The position numbers were made by a program, and so were the translations under genes. 64,000 nt of DNA, taken from the NCBI GenBank assembly GCA_965237955.1, contig OZ250169.1:256001-320000 (forward strand), in the 5' to 3' direction. Every line of letters starts with the position of its first letter. The first letter of the stretch is position 1. Shown in pieces: positions 21,920 through 31,622 of the stretch. The notes beneath the pieces are model-generated. The model searched no databases and was not told the origin of the DNA. It was given only the letters and a program-made list of their open reading frames with translations. Origin of the DNA: Candidatus Marinacidobacterales bacterium (GTDB lineage: Bacteria; Acidobacteriota; Vicinamibacteria; Marinacidobacterales; SMYC01).

Positions 21920-22237
21920 ATGTCCACAATGGCAAAGACAACGCAGCCCCGGCGACCCCGCCGGGAGTTTGATGACGAGTTTAAGGCAGGCGTGGTCCGG
22001 CTGGTGCTTGATGAGGGCCAGAGCGTAGGTCGGGTGGCCCGGGAGCTTGACCTCACCGAATCGGCGTTTCGCAACTGGGTCCGTCAGGCCCGGGCCGATC
22101 GGACGAAGGGCCGGACGGGCTTGACGGGCGTGGAACGCGAGGAGCTTCGGCGGCTCCGCAAAGAGAATCGGCGGTTGCGGGTGGAGCGCGACGTGTTAAA
22201 AAAAGCCGCGGCCTTCTTCGCGAAGGAGAGCGAGTAA
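21920..22237 (+). CDS. IS3 OrfA
   Basis: RREFDDEFKAGVVRLV HTH, ending LKKAAAFFAKE; A7G slippery site at about 22198-22205. Confidence 0.9.
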   Translation: MSTMAKTTQPRRPRREFDDEFKAGVVRLVLDEGQSVGRVARELDLTESAFRNWVRQARADRTKGRTGLTGVEREELRRLRKENRRLRVERDVLKKAAAFFAKESE

Positions 22238-23100
22238 GATTCGCGTTCATCCAGGCGGAGAAGGCCACCGTACCGGTCGCTCACCTGTGTCAGATTCTCA
22301 ACGTCTCTCGGAGTGGCTTTTATGCCTGGGTACGTCGGCCGCCGTCGGCCCACGCGCGCCGGGACCGCCAGTTGCGCGTGTTGATTCGTGCCTCCCATGA
22401 GGCGAGTCGCCGCACCTATGGGAGTCCGCGGATTCATCACGACCTGCACGAGCAGGGATATCGAGTGAGTCGGAAGCGGGTGATTCGGTTGAAACAGGCA
22501 GAAGGCCTCATTGCTCGAGTACGCAAACGCTTCAAGCGCACGACGGTAAGCGGTCATGACCAGCCCGTCGCGGCCAATGTGCTCGGGCAAGACTTCGTCG
22601 CCGATGCGCCGAACCAACGGTGGGTCGGGGACACGACCGAGTTCGTGATCGGCAGCGGCGGGAAGCTTTATCTCGCGGCGCTCCTCGACCTCTACTCGCG
22701 ATTCCTCGTTGGGTGGGCCGTAAGTGCTATCAACGACCGTCACCTGGTTATCAAGGCGTTGCGGATGGCACTGAAACGTCGCCAGCCGGCCGCGGGGCTC
22801 TTGCATCACTCCGATCAGGGCAGTCCGTATGCCAGCAAAGACTACCAACGTCTCCTTGAGACGCATGGCATGACCGGGAGCATGAGCCGACGGGGCAACT
22901 GCTACGACAACGCCGTCATCGAGAGCTGGTTCTCCACGGTCAAGCACGAGCTTGGGGAGCATTTCCTCAGTTGCGGCGAGGCCAAGATGGCCCTCTTCGA
23001 CTTCATCGAGGTATTCTACAATCAGAGACGACGACACTCGACCCTCGGCCAGGTCAGTCCGGCCGAGTTTGAACGACGGATGATGACTTCGCCAGCTTAA
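22237..23100 (+). CDS. IS3 OrfB (DDE integrase), expressed by -1 frameshift
   Basis: TYGSPRI, WVGDTT, LLDLYSR, HHSDQGSPY, GNCYDNAVIESWF. Confidence 0.9.
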   Translation, partial: RFAFIQAEKATVPVAHLCQILNVSRSGFYAWVRRPPSAHARRDRQLRVLIRASHEASRRTYGSPRIHHDLHEQGYRVSRKRVIRLKQAEGLIARVRKRFKRTTVSGHDQPVAANVLGQDFVADAPNQRWVGDTTEFVIGSGGKLYLAALLDLYSRFLVGWAVSAINDRHLVIKALRMALKRRQPAAGLLHHSDQGSPYASKDYQRLLETHGMTGSMSRRGNCYDNAVIESWFSTVKHELGEHFLSCGEAKMALFDFIEVFYNQRRRHSTLGQVSPAEFERRMMTSPA

Positions 23101-23619
23101 CTAAACCGTCTACGAAACCGGATCAAGCCCAACTTCGCCTTGGGCTTATACGAGGCAGATCGTTGTGACGACAGCTGTATAGACGGGTCTCTCGTGTTCC
23201 ACGCGCCTCCTTCCACACGTGCCGCGCCCCATACCCCGCCAGAACCCACCCCACCCTCCGGTCTTGGGGGAGTTGACTTGACCTTCGCCGTGAGATGAGC
23301 GGCTCGGCTTCCGGATTATAAATGTGTCGAGGCTGCAAGCTTCACTTCATGTTGCGGCCCGCGTGGTTGCTCCCTCCGTAGAGGCTCTTGACGCCCCGCT
23401 CGGGCACAGAGGTCTCCCTCCAATACCCGGGGCCTGCTACCCGGCGCTCCCGCCCTTACGAGGACGGGACTTCCACCCGCTGGAGAAGTGCAACTCGCAA
23501 ACGGTAGCTCCTACTGACGCTCCTCGTCTGCTTCACGACACACCATCGCCCATGTTATCAATCCTCTGTCGCGAGGTGATGACGAAACAACGTTGTGAGG
23601 TCCGAACGCGCAGTGTAAG

Positions 23620-24838
23620 ATCGCGCCGTTGATTCCTCGCTGGCGCGCTATGACGGAAAGCTCGTCTACGTCGCCAACCTGGGGGTGCCGAGCGAGAAGG
23701 CGCACGTCCCGCAGAGCTTCAAGATGTGTGAAGCTTTCCGCCGACTCGGTCTCGACGTCGAGCTCACATATCCCCGCCGGCGAAACACTGCGGCGATGGA
23801 AGGTGTGGACGCGCTGAGCTACTACGACGTGAAGTGTTCCTTCCGGCTCGTCGAAACGAATTGCCCTGACTCACTGAGACTCAGCGCCAGCCCACATATC
23901 CAAAAGATGCTGTTCGTGGCTCGTTCGACGCTGTTCACTGGACCTATGGTTCAATACGAACCGGTCGATGACTCCCTTAACCTCCCCCAATCTCTTTCTC
24001 GTGGGCCAGGGAGTCGACGGTCACCAGTTCCGCCCGCAGGCCGTCGAGAAAAGATATGATCTGATTACCGTTAGGACGTTTTATACCCGCCAAGCGCTTC
24101 GAGGACATGGTGAAGGCCTGAAGCTCTGCAAGCAGGAATGGGGGAAGACCTACAGCCCTCTCGTCTGCGGAGACGCGTATATCGAGAGCGACAAGGCGTA
24201 CAGAAGAAAGGGTCCAGGAGCTGGCGCGCGAACTCGGTGTCGATGCCCAGGTAGTCTATGCTGGAGGCGTTCCCCACGAAGAGCTCCCGAGCTATTTGAA
24301 CTTGACTCGCGCCTTTCTTTTTACAACCACGGGAGGCGTCGGTAAAGCGTCCCTAGAGGCCGTAGCGGGTTGTACCGTGCAGGCGATGCAGAGACCGAGG
24401 GTTTCGAAGTACTTGCGAGTCCAGCGTGAAGCTTCGCCGGGTCGGAGTTGACGGCCTTTGCGCTGAATCATGAAGCGTTTGAACCGTCCAGACCACATAC
24501 TTGTCGACTGTGGCAAACTTCATTGCTGCGTTCCCATACACCGCATGGCGTGCGACACGCCGTTGATCGTCACCAGTCCGGGGGGCCGAGATTTCATTGA
24601 AGATTTTCTCAGTGAATGGGTTCTTTGCGAGCCCTCCTTGGACGCCGTCGCTCGGGGCATGCACCGCCTTTTGGAAGCGGATGACGAGACCCGCGAGTCG
24701 TTGGCCGCGCAGGGTGTGGCGATGGTGCGGAGCAAGTACACTGTCACGAAGCTCATAGATCTGGTCCTCACCACCATGTGGGATCACAAAGCGGCCCGAT
24801 GGAACTCGGATGCGATCGCTTGCGGAGACGGCTCTTGA
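23620..24838 (+). pseudogene. chimeric GT4 remnants (N-terminus of one paralog, C-terminal half of another) with inserted intron piece
   Basis: SEKAHVPQSFKMCEAFR (23620-23938), then VGQGVDG...GKASLEA|MACDTP (23939-24838), split at 24361-24543. Confidence 0.7.
24361..24543 (-). repeat. 183-bp copy of an internal segment of the group II intron
   Basis: Matches 21444-21626 with about 5 substitutions; absent from the paralogous GT4 copy at about 30600. Confidence 0.9.
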
Positions 24839-25299
24839 CGCGCATCGGCTTCGTCGCCGGAACGTTGGGGGGCGGCAACGGCTGGACGCGCCTGTCGTTC
24901 GAGACGATACGACACCCTGTGGGAGCTGTGGGAAACCCGGAGTCTTCGGAGGGTATTTCCCCGCTCGACGTGCTGGCATGCAACGTTTCATTGCCCGACA
25001 TCGAAGTCGGGGATCTTCATCGGAGTTTTTTAATCCGGCGCTTACGTGCGCGCGGCGAGCCCGTTGGGATTTTTGAGCCACGCCTCGCCACCCGAAGTGC
25101 TCGTCTCGGACGGGGAGGCACACTTGGTCCGGCGACGCGGGAGTTATACCGAGATCATGCAAGATCTCGTTTGAGTTAGTGCTCAACCTTCGGCCCGGAT
25201 GTGATATGACTCTCTCTCCCAACCATGAGCACTAACCGCCGGCCCGAGATCGAGTCGGGTTCTAGTGTATAAATTTACCCAAATGTTATAGTTAGCGGG

Positions 25300-26526
25300 A
25301 TGGAATCAATCGTAGCGGTCGTGGGTGCGCGGCCGAATTTCATCAAGATCGCCCCTGTGATCGAGGCGTTTCGTCGCGTCGCGATCACAGTGCATCTCGT
25401 CCACACGGGACAGCACTACGACGCGTCCATGAAGGCGTCTTTTTTTCGGCAGCTCGGCCTCCCGGAGCCAGATGTTGATCTTGAAGTCGGCTCCAGCTCG
25501 CACACCGTGCAAACCGGGCAGATCTTGATTCGGTTCGAGCCTGTGCTCGAGCATTTGTCTCCTACCGCCGTCGTCGTTGTCGGCGATGTGAACTCGACGA
25601 TCGCGTGTGCGCTGGTTGCGGTCAAGAAGGGAATTCCCGTGTTCCACGTTGAAGCGGGCCTCCGCAGCTTCGACCGCTCGATGCCGGAGGAGATCAATCG
25701 GGTCCTCACCGATCAGATTTCGGAGCTTCTCTTCACCACGGAGGACGACGCACGGGAGAACTTGTTGAAAGAGGGGATTGCCGACGAGCGTATCCATTTC
25801 GTGGGCAACGTGATGATCGATAGTCTCTTGGGTCACGCAGCGCGCGCGATATCTCCGGCGAAGACGCTCGTGCGACACGACCATGATGATTTGCTACGTG
25901 ATACCTCGTTGTATGGTGTCGTCACGCTGCATCGCCCGTCGAACGTTGATGAGCCATCGGTGTTGACAGAGCTGATGGGAGCGCTCGGCCGCATCAGCGC
26001 GCGGCTGCCTCTGGTGTTTCCGGTGCACCCACGTACAGAAGCGCGTCTTCGCGAGCTCGACATCGACGCGTCTGAGAAGTTGGCTTTGCTTCCGCCGGTG
26101 AGTTACCTGGAGATGCTCGGCCTCATGAAAGACGCCACCGTCGTCCTGACCGATTCGGGCGGGATACAGGAGGAAACGACGGCGCTCGGCGTCCCGTGCG
26201 TGACGCTCCGCGAGAACACCGAGCGACCGGTTACCGTCAGTGAAGGAACGAATACCGTGGTCGGTTCCGATCCCGACCGCATCGAAGCTGCGGTCAATGC
26301 CGTTCTCGCGAACGGTGGAAAGAATGGCAGGAGGCCCGAGCTGTGGGACGGGCAGGCAGCACAGCGGATCGCGGCGGTCGTGAGCGAGTGGCTCGCGCAA
26401 CGAAGAGGCGTTCCCGCGGTCGCGGAGAATTCCAGTCCTGAAGTGGAAGTGGTCAATGGTCAGGCGCCGGAAACCGGCCACGGGTTGGAACGAGGCCGAA
26501 CCTGCCGGAAGCGACCTGGAGTATAA
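25300..26526 (+). CDS. wecB: UDP-N-acetylglucosamine 2-epimerase (non-hydrolysing)
   Basis: VVGARPNFIK, HTGQHYD, HVEAGLRSFDRSMPEEINR, TDSGGIQEE, RENTERP. Confidence 0.95.
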   Translation: MESIVAVVGARPNFIKIAPVIEAFRRVAITVHLVHTGQHYDASMKASFFRQLGLPEPDVDLEVGSSSHTVQTGQILIRFEPVLEHLSPTAVVVVGDVNSTIACALVAVKKGIPVFHVEAGLRSFDRSMPEEINRVLTDQISELLFTTEDDARENLLKEGIADERIHFVGNVMIDSLLGHAARAISPAKTLVRHDHDDLLRDTSLYGVVTLHRPSNVDEPSVLTELMGALGRISARLPLVFPVHPRTEARLRELDIDASEKLALLPPVSYLEMLGLMKDATVVLTDSGGIQEETTALGVPCVTLRENTERPVTVSEGTNTVVGSDPDRIEAAVNAVLANGGKNGRRPELWDGQAAQRIAAVVSEWLAQRRGVPAVAENSSPEVEVVNGQAPETGHGLERGRTCRKRPGV

Positions 26527-26557
26527 TCCCGTCTTCTCGAAAGGAGGCGCGACTCGC

Positions 26558-27553
26558 GTGAAGGCTGCGGTCGGAACGAAAGCCCAAAGTGGCGTCGAGT
26601 TACCACCGTGCCCGGTCTGTGGGCGCGGCGTGCCCGACCCGCTCTACTACGAATCCAACCGATATACGGAGAGTGAAGTTGTCGGACTGAGTCTCTGTCC
26701 AGAATGCCAGCTCTACTTCACCCGACCCCGCTTGGTGCGGCACAACGTTCCCACCCGCAAGGCGGCGTACGAGGACCTCCTTCGAAAATACGAGGGCGAA
26801 ACGCAAGCAGGTTTTCATAAGAATGAGAACTATCGTCTCTATCTCGACGTGGCCGAGCAACACTTCGAGATAATGGGTTACGAGCCTCCTTACTCCGTTC
26901 TCGATATCGGCTTTCACTGCGGATTCTTTCTTCGCTACGCGAAGGAGCACGGATGGACCGTTCGGGGCATCGAGCCCTCGCCGCCCCATTACCGTTTCGC
27001 CATGGAGGTGAACGGCATCGTTTCCATCGAGTTGGGCTTTTTCGATGCGAGTTTCGACGCCGACGCGCGTTTCCATGTCGTATCGATGTTTGACGTCCTC
27101 GAGCACATTCCCGACCCGGTTTCCCACTTACGAGAAATCCGCCAACGGCTGCGACCCGGTGGGCTCGTCCTTGCCAAGGTGCCCCACGTGAAGTTCTATC
27201 TCAAATGGTGGAGATGGGTATCGCTCATGAGCCGAACGGGCTTGTTGCCGCGCTTCACCACGTTCGACAGCCCCCCGGTCGAATCGGAACGAAACGGGAA
27301 GGTGCCCGGCTTCTTCGATCTTTTCGAGCACGTCGTCCACTATGATGCGCCCGGCGTCGAGGCGGTCTTCGAAGCCGCCGGTTTCGAGGGAACGAGGCTC
27401 CTTCCTGCGCCGCCTACCAATCCCGCTGGACAGTACCTGAACTTCCCCAGGACGGCAACCTATCAGCTCGCCCGAACGTTGCACGCTCTCGGAAGAAAGC
27501 CCGGCGCACTGACGCATGGTCTGCTCATCGTCGCTCGCAACGGAGAACAGTGA
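26558..27553 (+). CDS. class I SAM-dependent methyltransferase with N-terminal CxxC pairs
   Basis: AAGGAGG RBS before GTG 26558; CPVCG, CPEC, VLDIGFHCG, FDVLEHIPDP. Confidence 0.85.
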   Translation: MKAAVGTKAQSGVELPPCPVCGRGVPDPLYYESNRYTESEVVGLSLCPECQLYFTRPRLVRHNVPTRKAAYEDLLRKYEGETQAGFHKNENYRLYLDVAEQHFEIMGYEPPYSVLDIGFHCGFFLRYAKEHGWTVRGIEPSPPHYRFAMEVNGIVSIELGFFDASFDADARFHVVSMFDVLEHIPDPVSHLREIRQRLRPGGLVLAKVPHVKFYLKWWRWVSLMSRTGLLPRFTTFDSPPVESERNGKVPGFFDLFEHVVHYDAPGVEAVFEAAGFEGTRLLPAPPTNPAGQYLNFPRTATYQLARTLHALGRKPGALTHGLLIVARNGEQ

Positions 27554-28089
27554 ACGTGGAGTCCAGGAGGCTTGACCGTCGCAGATCGTGCCGAAGATGA
27601 GCGACGCCGCAACCCATTCCCTTCGACGGGATCATAGTCGAGTGGAAGCTGCACTTGGGGCTCGGGTGCGTTCTTTGCTTCTCGAGCCGGTAGAGGATGA
27701 TCTCGCGGAGCGCTGGGGCGTCACGGTGATCGGCCGCCGGGCCAAGGCGTCCGTCGTCGCGAGCTTGAGGGCATCCATGGTCGGACTCAGGCGCTCAATG
27801 AACGAGATGTTCCGTGTCGAGAAGTCCTTCGAGTTATTGAGCGCTTCTTTGAATCTCCACGCGGCTCCTTTAACGGCTCTACGTTCAACCTTCACGACGC
27901 AGTCGTTCCTTCGTGTCTTGAGGAGCTGGCCACGCAACAGCAATGCCGTGAGCTTGCAAATCTCCTATGGGACGAGATGCATGGCGTGAGGCAGATAGAG
28001 AGAGCTTTTGATGAGCAAAGATACAAAATATGCGGCTTTTGATTTTCCTATAGAAATACGAACAGGGATGATCGGAATCTATCGACTCG

Positions 28090-28259
28090 TGGGCCAAATG
28101 ATATGGGTACTTGCCCACCCAGACCTCGCCGTTGAGATGGGGCGAGAGGCCAGAAAGTTCGCGCGGATTTACTTCTCGACCGAACGCCATGTCCAGGGGT
28201 ACCGGCAGGCCTTCTCGTTGGCTCTCGATTCGCATCAATCGGGCGTTGCAACTGACTGA
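28090..28259 (+). pseudogene. GT4 C-terminal remnant
   Basis: WVLAHPDLAVEMGREARKFA...YRQAFS, similar to the tail at 1-207. Confidence 0.5.
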
Positions 28260-28262
28260 CTT

Positions 28263-29342
28263 GTGCGACTCTTGTGGTTCAATCTCGCCACCGACGCCGA
28301 CGATCCGGTGCTGGGGTTCACCAGTCGGTGGATCCAGGCGATTGCGACGAAGGTCGAGCGGATTCGCGTCATCACGATGCGCGCAGGCCGTATCGAGCTT
28401 CCTGAGAACGTCCGGTGTGACTCCGTCGGCAAGGAGGCGGGTTATAGCCGGCCTCGCCGCATCGTGGAGTTCTACCGGATCCTGTTAGAGGTCCTCCGAA
28501 ACGAGCCAGTTGATGCTTGTTTTTCACACATGTTTCCACTTTTCACAGTTCTAGCGGCGCCCCTGCTCCGGCCCAAAGGCGTTCCGATCGTCACCTGGTA
28601 CACGCACCCGAGTCTCACACTGCAGTTGAGGCTCGCCCATCGTCTCTCGGCTCAGATGGTGACCAGCCTCCCTTCCAGCTATCCCTACGACACGGACAAG
28701 CTCCGCGTGCTCGGTCACGGGATCGATACCGATCGGTTCGCGCCCGACAAGACCAGGCCACAGCTTCCTGTCTTGATCCTCTGCGCTGGACGACTTTCTC
28801 CCGTGAAGGATCACGTGACGCTGCTGAAAGCGGTCGCGATGCTCAGACAACGTTTTCGCGGGCAATTCCAGGTGGTGATTCTCGGCAACCCGGCGAGGCC
28901 GTCGGATGTCGACTACCGGAGTTCTCTGAAAGAACTGGCGCGTGATCTCGACGTCGAGGATATCGTTCATTTTCACGATGCCGTGACGCCAGCAGAGCTT
29001 CCGACGTGGTATCGACGGTGTGCTGTGCATGTGAACCTGACCGCGGCGGGTTTCGGGGACAAGGTCGCGCTGGAATCACAGGCTTGTGCGAGGCCTACGC
29101 TCACTGCCAACGAGGGCTTCCGCGAAACGCTCGGCCAGTACTCAGACCAGCTGCTCTTCCGCTCTGGAGATCCGAACGATTTGTCCTCTCGCTTGCTGGA
29201 GCTGCTGACTCTCCCTGAAGAAGAGCGCCTGCACATGGGGCTCTACCTTCGCGAGCGGGTCCTGCGCCTGCACGGCATCGATGGCCTTGCCGAGAGACTT
29301 GTGGAACTTCTAGAAAGCCTGGGAAAGGACCGGCCTCGGTGA
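28263..29342 (+). CDS. GT4 glycosyltransferase
   Basis: NLATDADDPVLGFTSRW, GHGIDTDRF, GRLSPVKD, GFGDKVALESQAC. Confidence 0.88.
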   Translation: MRLLWFNLATDADDPVLGFTSRWIQAIATKVERIRVITMRAGRIELPENVRCDSVGKEAGYSRPRRIVEFYRILLEVLRNEPVDACFSHMFPLFTVLAAPLLRPKGVPIVTWYTHPSLTLQLRLAHRLSAQMVTSLPSSYPYDTDKLRVLGHGIDTDRFAPDKTRPQLPVLILCAGRLSPVKDHVTLLKAVAMLRQRFRGQFQVVILGNPARPSDVDYRSSLKELARDLDVEDIVHFHDAVTPAELPTWYRRCAVHVNLTAAGFGDKVALESQACARPTLTANEGFRETLGQYSDQLLFRSGDPNDLSSRLLELLTLPEEERLHMGLYLRERVLRLHGIDGLAERLVELLESLGKDRPR

Positions 29343-29580
29343 CACACCGACTGCTCGGCGCTCAACGTCTTTTCGGTCGCCATATTCGCCGGGCGCGGCG
29401 CCTCGCGCCGACCCCCCCTGGTTGCCGCTCGGCATTTCGGGTCTTCGCGTTGCCCCTGGTGCACCTTGTTGGGCACATTCCCCCAACCGGATCGAGCCAA
29501 CCTCAGTTGGACGGGCACCGGTGATAACGCAAGCGCCGGCACCGCGGCTTCGTTCGACAATCGCGTCTCCAAGTCACCTA

Positions 29581-29817
29581 TTACCGGCGACCCAGCACCG
29601 GGAAGGGACACTCCACGTCGTAGTAGCTCAGCGCGTCCACACCTTCCATCGCAGCGGTGTTTCGCCGGCGGGGATATGTGAGCTCGACGTCGAGACCGAG
29701 CCGGCGGAAAGATTCACACATCTTGAAGCTCTGCAGGACGTGCGCCTTCTCGCTCGGCACCCGCAGGTTGGCGACGTAAACGAGCTTTCCGTCATAGCGC
29801 GCCAGCGAGGAATCCAT
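29581..29817 (-). pseudogene. GT4 N-terminal fragment, inverted copy of about 23620-23840
   Basis: YVANLRVPSEKAHVLQSFKMCESF; near-identical reverse complement of about 23588-23840. Confidence 0.75.
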
Positions 29818-29856
29818 CGGCGCGATCTTACACTGCGTGGTCGGACCTCACAACGT

Positions 29857-30184
29857 TAGCGCCTCGCGGCCCAAGGCCTGGGCCTTGACGGCGAGCCTGC
29901 GCCGGTCGTCGTCCGAGAGCCTGAGACGCTTGCCCCGAAGCCCGGCTCGGAGCACACGGTTTTCCTCTCGCAGGTAGTCGATCACATCCTGCTGCTGGCG
30001 GTTGACCCAGCCAGCCAGAACGAGCAGTAGGAATTGCACGTGGTACGTCATGATGGAACTGAAGATAACACCCTCGGACCAGACGATTGTAGAGCCCACG
30101 GCCCTTGGCCCGGTCGCAAAACACAGACGCTAAGCTGCTGATTTATCGGCTATTTCAAGAGGGCCGAGTTTTGGCACAGGACGG
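29857..30184 (-). mobile_element. integrase-core IS left end and N-terminal ORF remnant
   Basis: End ccgtcctgtgccaaaactc; MTYHVQFLLLVLAGWVNRQQQDVIDYLREENRVL; similar end repeated at 63403. Confidence 0.75.
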
Positions 30185-30897
30185 GACCTATGGTTCAATA
30201 CGAACCGGTCGATGACTCCCTTAACCTCCCCCAATCTCTTTCTCGTGGGCCAGGGAGTCGACGGTCACCAGTTCCGCCCGCAGGCCGTCGAGAAAAGATA
30301 TGATCTGATTACCGTTAGGACGTTTTATACCCGCCAAGCGCTTCGAGGACATGGTGAAGGCCTGAAGCTCTGCAAGCAGGAATGGGGGAAGACCTACAGC
30401 CCTCTCGTCTGCGGAGACGCGTATATCGAGAGCGACAAGGCGTACAAAAAAAGGGTCCAGGAGCTGGCGCGCGAACTCGGTGTCGATGCCCAGGTAGTCT
30501 ATGCTGGAGGCGTTCCCCACGAAGAGCTCCCGAGCTATTTGAACTTGACTCGCGCCTTTCTTTTTACAACCACGGGAGGCGTCGGTAAAGCGTCCCTAGA
30601 GGCCATGGCGTGCGGCACGCCGTTGATCGTCACCAGTCCGGGGGGCCGAGATTTCATTGGAGACTTTCTCAGTGATTGGGTTCTTTGCGAGCCCTCCTTG
30701 GACGCCGTCGCTAGGGGCATGCACCGCCTTTTGGAAGCGGATGACGGGACCCGCGAGTCGTTGGCCGGCAGGGTGTGGCGATGGTGCGGAGCAAGTACAC
30801 TGTCACGAAGCTCATGGATCTGGTCCTCACCACCATGTGGGATCACAAAGCGGCCCGATGGAACTCGGATGCGATCGCTTGCGGAGACGGCTCTTGA
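30185..30897 (+). pseudogene. GT4 C-terminal half, direct duplicate of 23939-24838 without the insert
   Basis: VGQGVDG...GKASLEAMACGTP; frameshift near 30770. Confidence 0.75.
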
Positions 30898-30975
30898 CGC
30901 GCATCGGCTTCGTCGCCGGAACGTTGGGGGGGCGGCAACGGCTGGACGCGCCTGTCGTTCGAGACGATACGACAC

Positions 30976-31510
30976 GTGGCCGCTCTCGGGCTCGACTGCC
31001 GCGTCGTGGTGCGTGCAGACGCCGCTGCTCATCACGCGCAGATCGTGGCCTTTCTGGTGCGAAGGACGCGCCATAGCTATCAGGCCGCGACGGCGGTCGC
31101 GATTGCCCTTTCCTTCCCCATCCCGTTGCCCTATACGTGGTGGACGGCGCAGATGGACAACCATTTTCGCATCGCCACGGAGCCTGTTCCCGGCGACATC
31201 CTTCGCCTCACGGACTGGATTCGGCGCGAGAGCGACGGCGTTTTTCTCGTGGCCGGCGATCTCTTTCAGTGGATCCCTACCTACTCCGGCCGACGGACGC
31301 TCATTGCTCCCGCGGATGTTCTCGCGGGGGCTGCCCGGTTTCACCTTGGACGCGCAAGCTGCGAATGTGGTTCCGGAGGTCGTGGACTACATTGTCTGAG
31401 ATCCAGAAATGACGGCCGCCGCCGCGACGAACCGCCTCGTGCTCGAGGCCCTTCCGGATTGGAGGCTCGAATATCGCGACGGGCACCTACACGTCAATGG
31501 AAGAAACCGA
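30976..31510 (+). pseudogene. C-terminal remnant of a GT-C-like membrane protein, paralog of 7006-8688
   Basis: MDNHFRIATEPVP...WIPTYSGRRTL resembles MDGHFRVAREPLP...WVPALTGRQVL. Confidence 0.6.
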
Positions 31511-31622
31511 GGCGGAGATGGCGAGTAGCGTCTTGTCGAGAGTATCGGGCGAGGCCCGCTCATCGAGATGAGCGCTCGTCGAGGGCGGCCTCGTGTGCGA
31601 TAGGGAAGCTGGGCTCTAGACC

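Larger units (their letters stand above)
21875..23131 (+). mobile_element. complete IS3-family element with 4-bp TSD ACTT
   Basis: IRs tgggcttgatccagtttcgtggac and gtctacgaaaccggatcaagccca; actt at 21871-21874 and 23132-23135. Confidence 0.93.
21302..23543 (-). mobile_element. group II intron with internally deleted RT/maturase ORF, interrupted by IS3
   Basis: 5' end GTGTG at 23543; domain V aagccgtgtgcgggaaaaccgcacgcacggttt; domain VI ending ctaccaat at 21302; ORF joins RT N-terminus (DKVRQLQRRL...FHAVY) directly to maturase C-terminus (GNAA.KF...LHRLHGTTRY). Confidence 0.85.

Noticed and set aside
21444-24548. DGR-like template/variable repeat pair near an RT remnant
   Set aside because: Only 3 of about 5 mismatches are at adenines, the repeat is maturase coding sequence, the RT core is deleted, and the copy disrupts a gene rather than diversifying it
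25171-25236. attC site, or HAIR/CIRCE operator
   Set aside because: Core-site order is reversed for attC and no integron integrase is present; spacing and sequence do not fit HAIR or CIRCE
27560-28090. Short ORFs between the methyltransferase and GT4
   Set aside because: No recognisable motifs in any frame, so no call can be supported
30212-31399. 395-aa ORF as an intact gene
   Set aside because: A GT4 half lacking its N-terminus that frameshifts near 30770 into non-homologous sequence
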